This document shows positions 1-8,284 of a stretch of 32,000 bases of DNA, piece after piece. The notes beneath the pieces are model-generated. The model made no database searches. It was not told the DNA's origin and saw only the letters and a list, made by a program, of their open reading frames with translations. The DNA is from Desulfobulbus propionicus DSM 2032 (GTDB lineage Bacteria > Desulfobacterota > Desulfobulbia > Desulfobulbales > Desulfobulbaceae), in assembly GCF_000186885.1 (NCBI RefSeq), contig NC_014972.1:3000001-3032000 (forward strand). Reading direction: 5' to 3'. Position numbers and translations under genes: made by a program. Each line of letters opens with the position of its first letter. The stretch's first letter is position 1.

Positions 1-141
1 CGACAAGACCAGCCCGGGCCCTTCCTCATCCTCGCAGAGGTAATAGAAGCTGGCATGCAGGGCCACCTCGGGAATCTCGCCGGAATGGCGCACCAACAAC
101 CATTCTTCCTCCAGCAGAGACTGGCGATTACTGAGGTTCAC
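1..141 (-). CDS. Partial CDS (N-terminus only), unknown function
   Basis: Reverse strand reads GTG-start VNLSNRQSLLEEEWLLVRHSGEIPEVALHASFYYLCEDEEGPGLVLS with no stop to the window edge; GTG overlaps the hemA TGA as GTGA (translational-coupling geometry). Confidence 0.55.
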   Translation of the reverse strand, partial: MNLSNRQSLLEEEWLLVRHSGEIPEVALHASFYYLCEDEEGPGLVLS

Positions 142-1430
142 GGTTCTTCCTGCCCATTGTCGCCGTTATCGAGATGGTACAATTCGCGAATGGTCTTGAT
201 CCGTTCAGGCAGACTGATGCAGTGATTGTCGCTTTTGAGATAATGCAAGGGGGGATAGGCCATTTTTCCGGTCAGGGCGGCCACCATTTTCTCCAAACCC
301 TGACGCTTCTCCCCTTCCATTTCCTCAAACCGTCCCAACGTTTTTTCCACCTCCGAGCGAATGTGCCGCTCGATCGTCGCTCGCAGCTGGATGATGGTCG
401 GGGTTGATTCCATGTTCGCCAGCCATTTGCCGAATTTCAGTTTTTCCTCGGCAATGATCCGCTGGGCCTTGACGGCTTCCTTGTCGCGTTCGGACTTGTT
501 CATCTCGACCACATTGTGCAGGTCGTCGATGTCATAGAGATAGACATTGTCCAATTGGTTGATGGACGGATCAAGATCGCGGGGCACGGCGATATCGATG
601 AAGAACAGCGGCCGGTTGCGCCGTTCACGCATCACCGACCGTACATCCTCCTTGCGCAGAATCAGTTCGGGCGACCCAGTGGAGCTGATGATGATGTCGA
701 CAAACTGCAACTGATCAAGCAGCTCTTCCAAAGAAACCGCACGACCATGATAACAGCGGGCCAGGTTGATCGCCCGCTGGAGGGTTCGATTGGCCACCAC
801 CACCTCGGCAACACCCTGCCCGACCAGATGTTCGGCAGCGAGCTCCGCCATTTCGCCGGCCCCGACCAGCAAGACTTTTTTTCCGCCGAGATCGCCGAAA
901 ATTTTTCTCGCCAGCTCGACCGCCGCATAGCTGATGGAGACGGCGCTGGCACCGATCCTGGTTTCGGTGCGCACCCGCTTGGCCACGGAAAAAGACTTAT
1001 GCAGCAGCTTGTTCAGAATAAAACCGCTGCTACCCATTTTGGTAGCGTGACGGTATGCCTCTTTGAGCTGACCAAGAATCTGGGCCTCGCCGACAATCAT
1101 CGAGTCAAGACTGGCTGCGACCAGAAAGAGATGCTCAACAGCCTGGTCATTGACATAACGATATACATACCGGTCGAGTTCCTCGGTGGTAATCCCGTGG
1201 GCGAAGAGCAGTTCAAGCACCGCCTTCGTCGCCTCGTCCACGTTCCGGCAAGTAAAGAGCACCTCCACCCGGTTGCAGGTGGAAAGCAGATAGTACTCGC
1301 GTAATTTCTCCAAGGTGCCCAAAGCTTTCAGCGGTTCCTCGTAACCTGCCGAAAGGGCCAGTTTCTCACGGACAGCCACCGGCGTCGTCTTGTGGTTGAC
1401 GCCAAGCAGCACTATGGCGTCACGAGACAT
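138..1430 (-). CDS. hemA: Glutamyl-tRNA reductase
   Basis: Translated ORF has VLLGVNHKTTPVAVREKL, YYLLSTCNRVEVL (active-site Cys), SMIVGEAQILGQLK and GAGEMAELAAEHL; start moved from 1565 to the ATG at 1430 (MSRDAIVLLGVNHKT). Confidence 0.97.
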   Translation of the reverse strand: MSRDAIVLLGVNHKTTPVAVREKLALSAGYEEPLKALGTLEKLREYYLLSTCNRVEVLFTCRNVDEATKAVLELLFAHGITTEELDRYVYRYVNDQAVEHLFLVAASLDSMIVGEAQILGQLKEAYRHATKMGSSGFILNKLLHKSFSVAKRVRTETRIGASAVSISYAAVELARKIFGDLGGKKVLLVGAGEMAELAAEHLVGQGVAEVVVANRTLQRAINLARCYHGRAVSLEELLDQLQFVDIIISSTGSPELILRKEDVRSVMRERRNRPLFFIDIAVPRDLDPSINQLDNVYLYDIDDLHNVVEMNKSERDKEAVKAQRIIAEEKLKFGKWLANMESTPTIIQLRATIERHIRSEVEKTLGRFEEMEGEKRQGLEKMVAALTGKMAYPPLHYLKSDNHCISLPERIKTIRELYHLDNGDNGQEEP

Positions 1431-2238
1431 AAGTATGCACCCCTTCCAAAAGAAAGGAAACGCCCCACAGGGTGAACAGCACGGACAAAAAGGCCACGAT
1501 ACTGAGAATGGCCACTCGGCGTCCCCGCCAGCCCACGGTGAAGCGCTGATGCACGGCGGCAGCATAGAGGAACCAGGTAATCAGCGACCAGGTTTCCTTG
1601 GGATCCCAGTGCCAATAGGCCCCCCAAGCCTGCTTGGCCCATAACGAGCCGGTGATCAGTCCAAGGGTGAACAAGGGAAAACCGACACTCAGGCAATGGT
1701 GATTCAGCTTGTCCAACGCCTCCAAGGAAGGCAGGCGCGAATAGAACAGTCCGAATCGTTTTGTTTTGATTTCACGCTCCTGCAGCAGATACATGATCCC
1801 GCCGATGCAGGCCAAGGCCAGAAATCCGTCGGCAAACAGGGTGATGGAGGCATGGATCGGCAGCCACCAGGACTGCAGAGCCGGCGGCAAAGGCACCATG
1901 CCGCGGGAGGAAAAGGCCGCGACCAGCATCAGCCCCAGGACGAGGGTGCTAACAAAGATGCCCAAATTCTTGACCGTATATCGCCAACGAAAGGACAGAT
2001 AACAGCACCCCACCGACCAGGCGAAAAACGAGACGGTCTCGTGATGGCTGGTAATGGGAGTATGGCCGGTTTCAATGGCGCGGGCGAAGAGATTGGCGGT
2101 GTGGATGCAGAAGGCGGTCAAGAAAATGGCCCGGCCGGTCCTGCGCAACGCTGCTTTTTGATTGAGAAAGAACACCAGATAGGCGGCGGTGGACAGCATG
2201 TAGACCGCGACGCTTCCCTGAAAGAGCAGAAAACTCAT
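1420..2238 (-). CDS. CcsA/HemX-family cytochrome c biogenesis protein
   Basis: Multi-TM protein with family motif GSLWAKQAWGAYWHWDPKETWSLITWFLYAAAVHQR; directly upstream of and overlapping hemA. Confidence 0.93.
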   Translation of the reverse strand: MSFLLFQGSVAVYMLSTAAYLVFFLNQKAALRRTGRAIFLTAFCIHTANLFARAIETGHTPITSHHETVSFFAWSVGCCYLSFRWRYTVKNLGIFVSTLVLGLMLVAAFSSRGMVPLPPALQSWWLPIHASITLFADGFLALACIGGIMYLLQEREIKTKRFGLFYSRLPSLEALDKLNHHCLSVGFPLFTLGLITGSLWAKQAWGAYWHWDPKETWSLITWFLYAAAVHQRFTVGWRGRRVAILSIVAFLSVLFTLWGVSFLLEGVHTYVS

Positions 2239-2900
2239 GGATTCTCCTTGATCAAGATCTCCAATTCACGGTCGACTGGCCGACCGAGCACGCTCTCCAG
2301 GTGCTGCTGAATGTTTGCCCATTGCCGCTCCCGGAGCCAATCGACTATATCGTCATGGAGTATCTTTTGAAACAGATTCTTGACCTCCATGTTGCGGTCT
2401 TCCTCGGCCAGCATCTGTTCGCGCAATAGGAAGGCAAGCCGGGTAAGAAGCGCCCACTCCTCGCCGAATTCACGCTCCAGCCGCTTCCGGACCATGGCCG
2501 CCACAGCCGGACTCTTGCCGTTGGTGGCCACGCTCACTGTCAAGTCGCCCCGACGAATGGTTGCAGGTACCTGAAAGGTGCATAATTGTGGCGCATTGGC
2601 GACATTGATCAGCAGGCCTGCCGCCCGCGCATCCCGATGGACAGCGGCCTGCACGGTGGATAGATTGGTGGCGGCAAAGACGAGAAAGGCTCCCTCAAGG
2701 TCGGAGGGGTGATACTTTTTCTGTCGCCATTCCACGGCCCGGTTCTCTATCAGCGACAACAACCCCCGCGTCACCTCCGGACTGACAACGCGTACCACGC
2801 CTGCAGAGATGAGCAGTCCCCGCACCTTGCGTTCCGCGACTTGTCCGCCGCCGATAACCACGCACAGCCGTTCGGCAATGTCAAGACATACAGGATACAT
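2235..2900 (-). CDS. Precorrin-2 dehydrogenase / sirohydrochlorin ferrochelatase (Met8/CysG N-terminal type)
   Basis: MYPVCLDIAERLCVVIGGGQVAERKVRGLL, VFAATNLSTVQAAVHRDARAAGLLINVANAPQLCTFQVPATIRRGDLTVSVATNGKSPAVAAMVRKRLE; ATGA overlap with the CcsA gene. Confidence 0.93.
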   Translation of the reverse strand: MYPVCLDIAERLCVVIGGGQVAERKVRGLLISAGVVRVVSPEVTRGLLSLIENRAVEWRQKKYHPSDLEGAFLVFAATNLSTVQAAVHRDARAAGLLINVANAPQLCTFQVPATIRRGDLTVSVATNGKSPAVAAMVRKRLEREFGEEWALLTRLAFLLREQMLAEEDRNMEVKNLFQKILHDDIVDWLRERQWANIQQHLESVLGRPVDRELEILIKENP

Positions 2901-2973
2901 CGTGGTCGTACAGGTCAAAGGTTCACTCTGCACGCATCGTTTGCAGAGACGATCCGCCTTGGCAAAAAGGCGA

Positions 2974-3675
2974 TCAATTCCGTGATTGCAACGGCTGCAA
3001 ACGGGTCAGGAGAATAATTTTATCTTCGTCATAACTTTTCAACTTTCTCTGCGAGGCGGCAATCCGGTATTCCTGTTCAGCCATTTTCAGAAACGGCTCA
3101 AGGCTGCGGCGCTTGATATCATGGGCCAGGTACACCACGCCGTTTGGTTTGAGCGCCTTACGGAGGACATCAAGCAGTGGCTGGAAAAATTCTTCCCGAA
3201 AGAGGATCTCAGCCCCGACGATGACGTCGTATTGTTCCATCGCCGGCGGGTCGAGCCAATCGAGCATGGCAAATTGAACACCGTCAAGCTTGCTGGCTGC
3301 GGCGTTGACCCGTTCAAAATCGAGAATTAGCTGTTCATAATCACTTAATGTGACAGTATACCCACAAGCTGCGGCGGTCAAACCAGGTGCACCCAGCCCA
3401 GCCCCTAGCTCGAGAAGTGTCGTCCCCTTTTCGCACGGAAGGCCAGCGATAAATTCGGATAACACAATGGCCGCTTCCCACAACCGAATCCAGAAAGGAA
3501 AGGTGGACACATCTTTCAACGGGTCCTTGCCCTCGAGAATCTGCTCCAGATCGGTGATTTTGAGCAGTTGCAATTTATGCTCCCTGATTTTGAGCGGTTC
3601 AAAGGCCACGGTGTACCGCTCTTTGATGGCTTGGTACAAGGCCCGCTCCTCAGCCGGCAAGGTTTGTGGATCCAT
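2974..3675 (-). CDS. Class I SAM-dependent methyltransferase (METTL21/nicotinamide-N-methylase-like)
   Basis: SAM motif I TLLELGAGLGAPGLTAAACG, downstream FAMLDWLDPP, YDVIVGAEILFREEFFQPLLDVLRKALKPNGVVYLA. Confidence 0.8.
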   Translation of the reverse strand: MDPQTLPAEERALYQAIKERYTVAFEPLKIREHKLQLLKITDLEQILEGKDPLKDVSTFPFWIRLWEAAIVLSEFIAGLPCEKGTTLLELGAGLGAPGLTAAACGYTVTLSDYEQLILDFERVNAAASKLDGVQFAMLDWLDPPAMEQYDVIVGAEILFREEFFQPLLDVLRKALKPNGVVYLAHDIKRRSLEPFLKMAEQEYRIAASQRKLKSYDEDKIILLTRLQPLQSRN

Positions 3676-3791
3676 GTTTATGTGTCTCTAGGTGTGGTGA
3701 AAGAAAATTCCGATCCTGCCCGATAAGCCAGCGCGCTTCCCTGTCTACTTCCACTCAAGGCGCGGCCACCAGACACTCAATACGGGACAAT

Positions 3792-3830
3792 AAAAAAAGA
3801 GCGGGTCGATTATCGAATCGGCCCGCTCTT
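3792..3830 (-). terminator. Rho-independent terminator for the secreted miniprotein gene
   Basis: On the minus strand AAGAGCGGGCCGATT-CGAT-AATCGACCCGCTCTT followed by TTTTT; 15-bp near-perfect stem with one wobble pair. Confidence 0.9.
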
Positions 3831-3856
3831 CATTCTTGCAGAAATATTTCAGACTA

Positions 3857-4042
3857 TCAGCAGCCTTCCAGGGCTTTTTTAGCCTTCATGGTCACATTGT
3901 CACCAGCCTTTACATCAACCTTGTCGCAGGTGACAGTCACTTTATTGCCGTCAACACTGTCAACGGTGCATTTGGCAGCAAAGACTGCACCCGCGCTCAA
4001 AACAAAAGCCGCAACCATCATACCGATTACAATTTTTTTCAT
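3857..4042 (-). CDS. Small secreted cysteine-containing protein (61 aa), function unknown
   Basis: MKKIVIGMMVAAFVLSAGAVFA signal peptide then AKCTVDSVDGNKVTVTCDKVDVKAGDNVTMKAKKALEGC; GGAG ribosome-binding site just upstream of the ATG at 4042. Confidence 0.85.
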   Translation of the reverse strand: MKKIVIGMMVAAFVLSAGAVFAAKCTVDSVDGNKVTVTCDKVDVKAGDNVTMKAKKALEGC

Positions 4043-4103
4043 GGCACTCTCCATTATGAAATAGGGTTGTATCTCTAAACCAGTTGCCTCTTTCCTGTGC
4101 CAC

Positions 4104-4132
4104 AATCTAAGAAATACGCATGGGAATGTCAA
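4104..4132 (-). promoter_or_regulatory. Candidate sigma-70 promoter for the secreted miniprotein gene
   Basis: Minus strand TTGACA (4127-4132), 17-bp spacer, TAGATT (4104-4109). Confidence 0.6.
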
Positions 4133-4171
4133 CAGCTATTCACCGATGGCAGTGACAGGGCTTCAGCAAGT

Positions 4172-4663
4172 TCAAAGTACTGATACGATATCTTTTTCCA
4201 ACAAACTGTGCGGCACAAAACCGGGATATTTTTTCACGACATGGCCATTCCTGTTGACAAGAAACGAGGTCGGAATCGCTACCACGCCACCAAAATTTTG
4301 GGTTGTTTTCCGGTCCGCCATCAAAACCTGATAGTTGATCTCCGCCCGTTTGACCAATTGGGCCACCGCTCGTGAAGGGCCTTCATCAACGGAAAGCGCC
4401 ACCACAGCAAAGCCTTGGGGTTGGAACCGGGCATGCAACGCTTTCAGGGTTGGAATTTCCTGCAGACAGGGAGGACACCACGTGGCGAAAAAAGTTATCA
4501 ACATGGCCTTTCCACGATACATTTCGCTGGTAACAACTGCACCATCGATGGCGGTTGGCAAAGAAAAGGCAGGCATCATCACCGCCCCCTGCACCCGCAC
4601 GGACAAACCGAAAACAACTACCGAAAAAATCAGCAATCTCAACGCAACCATATACTTTTTCAT
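4172..4663 (-). CDS. TlpA/ResA-type thiol-disulfide oxidoreductase (redoxin)
   Basis: N-terminal hydrophobic segment MKKYMVALRLLIFSVVVFGLSV, thioredoxin active site FFATWCPPCLQEIPTL, and cis-Pro region VVAIPTSFLVNRNG. The ORF is open to 4777; ATG at 4663 preferred but not certain. Confidence 0.9.
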   Translation of the reverse strand: MKKYMVALRLLIFSVVVFGLSVRVQGAVMMPAFSLPTAIDGAVVTSEMYRGKAMLITFFATWCPPCLQEIPTLKALHARFQPQGFAVVALSVDEGPSRAVAQLVKRAEINYQVLMADRKTTQNFGGVVAIPTSFLVNRNGHVVKKYPGFVPHSLLEKDIVSVL

Positions 4664-4797
4664 ATCTTTCAATCTCTGTAGCGCATCGCTCCCCCACTCT
4701 CTCATGACGAAACCTGGCACCCTTGGCAATTGCGTGGCAGCCTTACCCCGCGCGATCCCCTGCTGTTTTTTGAACAACCGGCGTTGGTTGCCATCGA

Positions 4798-5151
4798 TCA
4801 GGCCTTGATATCGAGAAGCGTTTGCAACATATTGTCCGAGACCTGTACGGTTCTCAAATTGGCCGCATACCCATGAGTATTACGCATCAGGTCCGGGATC
4901 TCCTCGCCAAGATCGACATTCGACAATTCCCGCACAGCATAGCCTTGCGCGGTTTCCTCATTGACCACTGGTCCCGGCGCATCGACTCGACCAACCGTCG
5001 CCTGAACACTTTGCGCAACTCCCGCCGACAAAACAACCCGGCTTTTCCTATACCCTTCCGTGTTCAGATTAGCGATATTATGGGCATTACTTTCAATTTT
5101 CGCGGAAAATGCCTGTGCCCCGGATAGAGCTGATTGGATGCCTGATATCAT
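4798..5151 (-). CDS. Orphan flagellar basal-body rod (FlgC-like) protein, short form
   Basis: N-terminus MISGIQSALSGAQAFSAKIESNAHNIANLNTEGYRKSRV and C-terminus SNVDLGEEIPDLMRNTHGYAANLRTVQVSDNMLQTLLDIKA are the rod/hook terminal heptad motifs; only 117 aa; GAGAGG ribosome-binding site before the ATG at 5151. Confidence 0.85.
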   Translation of the reverse strand: MISGIQSALSGAQAFSAKIESNAHNIANLNTEGYRKSRVVLSAGVAQSVQATVGRVDAPGPVVNEETAQGYAVRELSNVDLGEEIPDLMRNTHGYAANLRTVQVSDNMLQTLLDIKA

Positions 5152-5195
5152 GTGTTTTCCTCTCATGCAGAGTAAATTTCTTCTTTTTTTAAGAT

Positions 5196-5211
5196 AGCAA
5201 AACGCGCACCA
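5196..5211 (-). promoter_or_regulatory. Candidate sigma-54 (RpoN) -24/-12 promoter upstream of the orphan rod gene
   Basis: Minus strand TGGTGCGCGTTTTGCT against consensus TGGCACGNNNNTTGCW: exact GG-N10-GC spacing and only two mismatches at specified positions. Confidence 0.6.
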
Positions 5212-5368
5212 CATAACAAGACAAGCCTGCTTCGAAAAAAAGCGCCATTGGCTTCTCTTTGGAAAATCATTGCGTCGCCCCCCTCTTCCGGGTAGATAGT
5301 TGTGCGTGCATGAAATTCGTTGCACAGTCGATGCTTCCGATCAACACACCTTTCTTTTTCATCTTACC

Positions 5369-6352
5369 ATGGCATCACGAATCCTCTTTTTTTTAGTCTC
5401 GATCTGCCTTGTTTTCGTCTCGGCAGCCTCAAATGCGAATGTGGTCGACCGGAGCGTCGCGATTGTCAACAATGACACCATCACCCTCTCGGAAGTCAAC
5501 GAGCTGGGCCGGTCGTTTTTCAAGAAAGTCACCGAGGAAACCCCGGCGGATCGATTGCCTGAAGCGTTGCAGCAGGCTCGCAACACGGTGATTGACAAGT
5601 TGATCGACAAAAAGCTTTTGGTTCAAGAAGCCAAGAAACTCGGCATCCAGGTGAGTGATCAGGAAGTCGACAACGCGCTGCAACGGGTTCTTGCCAACAA
5701 CAAGGCCACCATGGAACAATTCCACAAGGAATTACTTGCCATGGGGATGACCGAAAAGCAGTACAAGGAAGAACTCCGCGATCAAATCCTCAGCTCAAAG
5801 CTGATCAATCACGAGGTCCGGACCAAGGTGGTCATTCCCGAAGAAAAAATTCTCGAGTATTATCAATCCAACTACACAAGGCAGGTTGGCGGCGGTGAAC
5901 TTCACCTCCAACAGATCGGATGCACCTGGGGAGAACCTCTCGCCAACGGGGTTGTTCCCAGCCAGGACGATGCAAAGGAAAAAATAAGAAAAGCTTACGA
6001 GAAAGCCAAAGACGGAGATGATTTCAACGAACTGGCGAAGAAATACTCCGACTTGCCTTCCGCCGAGGATGGAGGTGACTTGGGCACCTTTCAACTGCAC
6101 GAATTGGCACCCGCCATGCAACAAGCTGTTGCTCAATTGAAATCCGGAGAGATCAGTCCTGTTGTGCAAATCGATAATGGCTACCACTTTTTCAAGCTCG
6201 TTTCCAGCCAAGGTGGAGCAACCGTTTCCAAGGCTGATTACGAGGCAGTGAAAGAAGAAATCCGGGAAAGACTCTATAAACAAGCCATGGAGGCACGCTT
6301 CAAGGACTGGGTGAAGTCGATCCGCGACAAGGCCTACATCAAAATTCTCTAA
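5369..6352 (+). CDS. SurA-like periplasmic peptidyl-prolyl cis-trans isomerase (PpiC/parvulin domain)
   Basis: Signal peptide MASRILFFLVSICLVFVSAASNA, SurA N-terminal region, parvulin core ELAKKYSDLPSAEDGGDLGTFQLHELAPAMQQAVAQLKSGEISPVVQIDNGYHFFKLV. Confidence 0.92.
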   Translation: MASRILFFLVSICLVFVSAASNANVVDRSVAIVNNDTITLSEVNELGRSFFKKVTEETPADRLPEALQQARNTVIDKLIDKKLLVQEAKKLGIQVSDQEVDNALQRVLANNKATMEQFHKELLAMGMTEKQYKEELRDQILSSKLINHEVRTKVVIPEEKILEYYQSNYTRQVGGGELHLQQIGCTWGEPLANGVVPSQDDAKEKIRKAYEKAKDGDDFNELAKKYSDLPSAEDGGDLGTFQLHELAPAMQQAVAQLKSGEISPVVQIDNGYHFFKLVSSQGGATVSKADYEAVKEEIRERLYKQAMEARFKDWVKSIRDKAYIKIL

Positions 6353-6456
6353 TCTGTCCAGACGAATACCAAACAACAATGATGGAGCATCCACCCGCCC
6401 TGGATATCTGCTCATCCTGAAGAAGCATTAGGCCTTGAGCTGGACGACCTGTTCCC

Positions 6457-7254
6457 ATGACAGTCATAGATCCCTCTGCCGTCCCGACGTGTGAACAGCC
6501 ACGCGTGGGTGAACGGCTCAAAGAAGCACGATTAAAACAATCACTCACCCTGGACGACGTTGCCTCCCGCACACGGGTCTCCCGCTCCACTCTTCGGGCC
6601 ATCGAATCGTCAGAGTACGACCATCTTCCCGCAGACGCCTTTACCCGCGGCCTGATTACCCTGTACGCGAACTTTCTCGGCCTCGTTGGTCCTCAAGTGG
6701 CCGATCAGTTTTTCATGGAAAGAGACGGCGGCAAGCACATCCACCTGTCTTTTCTCAAGAAAAGCCGCATGACGCACGCGCTGGAGCCCAAAAAGCTGGC
6801 CGAACCCACGCATATCTCCTCGGCAGCTCTCGCCACCATTCTGCTTGTGCTCATCGTTGTTTCGTTCACAGGATTTTGTCTGTATTTCGCTTGGAATCCA
6901 TTTGGTTATTTGGTGGATAAGACGCGCAATCTTTCCTCGTCCGTGACCAATACCTTTCACCCTGCGGATCCAGCCACCAGCAGAGAGATACAGCCCCCTC
7001 CCCTTACCGTGCAGGCTGTCTTTCTTACGGATTGCCGCATGCTGGTAGCGTTGGACAATGGAAAGCCTATGGAGCAGACCTACGCCAAGGGAACGAGCAT
7101 GCAATGGACGGCTGAACGGGAAATCCAGCTTGAATTTTCCCAACCAAACAGCGCACAATTACACTTCAACGGTACCCCACTGCCTTTTCCTGACAGCACC
7201 GAGGGACGGTACATCCTTCGCCTGCCAACCCTGTCGATTCCCTATGAAGAATAG
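6457..7254 (+). CDS. RodZ-like helix-turn-helix membrane protein
   Basis: Xre-type HTH VGERLKEARLKQSLTLDDVASRTRVSRSTLRAIESSEYDHLPADAFTRGLITLYANFLGL, TM ILLVLIVVSFTGFCLYFAW, C-terminal RodZ-type domain. Confidence 0.85.
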   Translation: MTVIDPSAVPTCEQPRVGERLKEARLKQSLTLDDVASRTRVSRSTLRAIESSEYDHLPADAFTRGLITLYANFLGLVGPQVADQFFMERDGGKHIHLSFLKKSRMTHALEPKKLAEPTHISSAALATILLVLIVVSFTGFCLYFAWNPFGYLVDKTRNLSSSVTNTFHPADPATSREIQPPPLTVQAVFLTDCRMLVALDNGKPMEQTYAKGTSMQWTAEREIQLEFSQPNSAQLHFNGTPLPFPDSTEGRYILRLPTLSIPYEE

Positions 7255-8014
7255 CCGCAACACCTGCGGTTTTGTTCTCAAAATAGCCGAGCACGGGGAA
7301 TCGGACAAGTTGGTGACCCTCTATAGCCGCGATGTTGGCCGGATGACCGGTATTGCCAAGGGAGCAAGAAAAAGCAAGCAACGTTTTGTCAACAAGCTTG
7401 AACTGTTTTCCTCGCTCAAAGTCCTGTATCGCCCTCCGCGTGTCCACGGAGGGCTGCATGTATTGGATGACGCGGAATTGCTCAATGCCCGTCTCCCGCT
7501 TCGCCTCGAATACCGGCGCTACGCTGTAGCCATCCACCTCAGCGAGCTGTTTTTGCGTTTTACCCGTGAAAACGACCCCGATGCGCATCTTTACGAACTG
7601 TTGCGCTGGACGCTTGACCTGCTGAGCGTGGACAAGGCTCCACTGAAAATCATGGTCTTCTCCTATCTGCATCTTCTTGCCGCTAGCGGCTATCGTCCAG
7701 AACTTGACCGATGCGGATCGTGCCGACATCCGATCACACCAGGACGCACCTATACACTCATCGCCGCCTCGGGATCCCTCCTTTGCGACGCCTGTCAACC
7801 ACCGCAACGTCATGTTCAGCATCGTCTTTCTGTGCAGACACTCCATATCCTAACCCGCGCACAAACCATGAACCTGGAGCGACTCGGCCGTTTGCAACTA
7901 CCCCGTCATGCCGTTATCGAAGCGATGAATGCCTTGCATCACTACACGCTCCACCTCCTGCAACAGGATATCCATTCCTGGCGGATCAATCGGCTGCTGC
8001 TTGACGAACGGTAA
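7244..8014 (+). CDS. recO: DNA repair protein RecO
   Basis: GFVLKIAEHGESDKLVTLYSRDVGRMTGIAKGARKSKQRF, C-x2-C...C-x2-C zinc site (CGSCRHP...CDAC); start ATG at 7244 overlaps the RodZ-like stop by 11 bp. Confidence 0.93.
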   Translation: MKNSRNTCGFVLKIAEHGESDKLVTLYSRDVGRMTGIAKGARKSKQRFVNKLELFSSLKVLYRPPRVHGGLHVLDDAELLNARLPLRLEYRRYAVAIHLSELFLRFTRENDPDAHLYELLRWTLDLLSVDKAPLKIMVFSYLHLLAASGYRPELDRCGSCRHPITPGRTYTLIAASGSLLCDACQPPQRHVQHRLSVQTLHILTRAQTMNLERLGRLQLPRHAVIEAMNALHHYTLHLLQQDIHSWRINRLLLDER

Positions 8015-8160
8015 AGTTCCCCCCCGACCATTGCCCCGCCCACCTGAATGTTCTCCTTCTGTCAGTGCACGGTAGACTGAAAATCGCCAAATGCTTCTGC
8101 GCGCATCCTTCCTTTACCCCTCTCCCTTTTTGCTTTTTCCACGGTCGCCAGTTGATTGTG

Positions 8161-8191
8161 TTGACCTTTTTCAGCTTTTGTCGTGTATATT
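8161..8191 (+). promoter_or_regulatory. Candidate sigma-70 promoter for the GH17-GT2 gene
   Basis: TTGACC, 18-19 bp spacer, GTATAT/TATATT. Confidence 0.35.
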
Positions 8192-8284
8192 GTTTTCGGT
8201 TTGCCGCGTACCCTCGAACAGCGGCTCATCTGTCAAGCAGCGCTAATCAATGCATTTTAACCCTTTCACGCAGACATTCTCGCT

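Noticed and set aside
516-1304. 262-aa ORF antisense to hemA
   Set aside because: Overlaps a confidently assigned gene and has no recognisable motifs; it reflects open antisense frames in GC-rich coding DNA.
5230-5275. A second sigma-54-like site on the + strand (TGGAAAATCATTGC)
   Set aside because: GG to GC spacing is 9 instead of the required 10, so it does not fit an RpoN promoter.
5300-5368. Upstream TTG-start extension of the SurA-like protein
   Set aside because: The ATG at 5369 immediately gives a normal signal peptide; the extension has no signal-like or conserved sequence.
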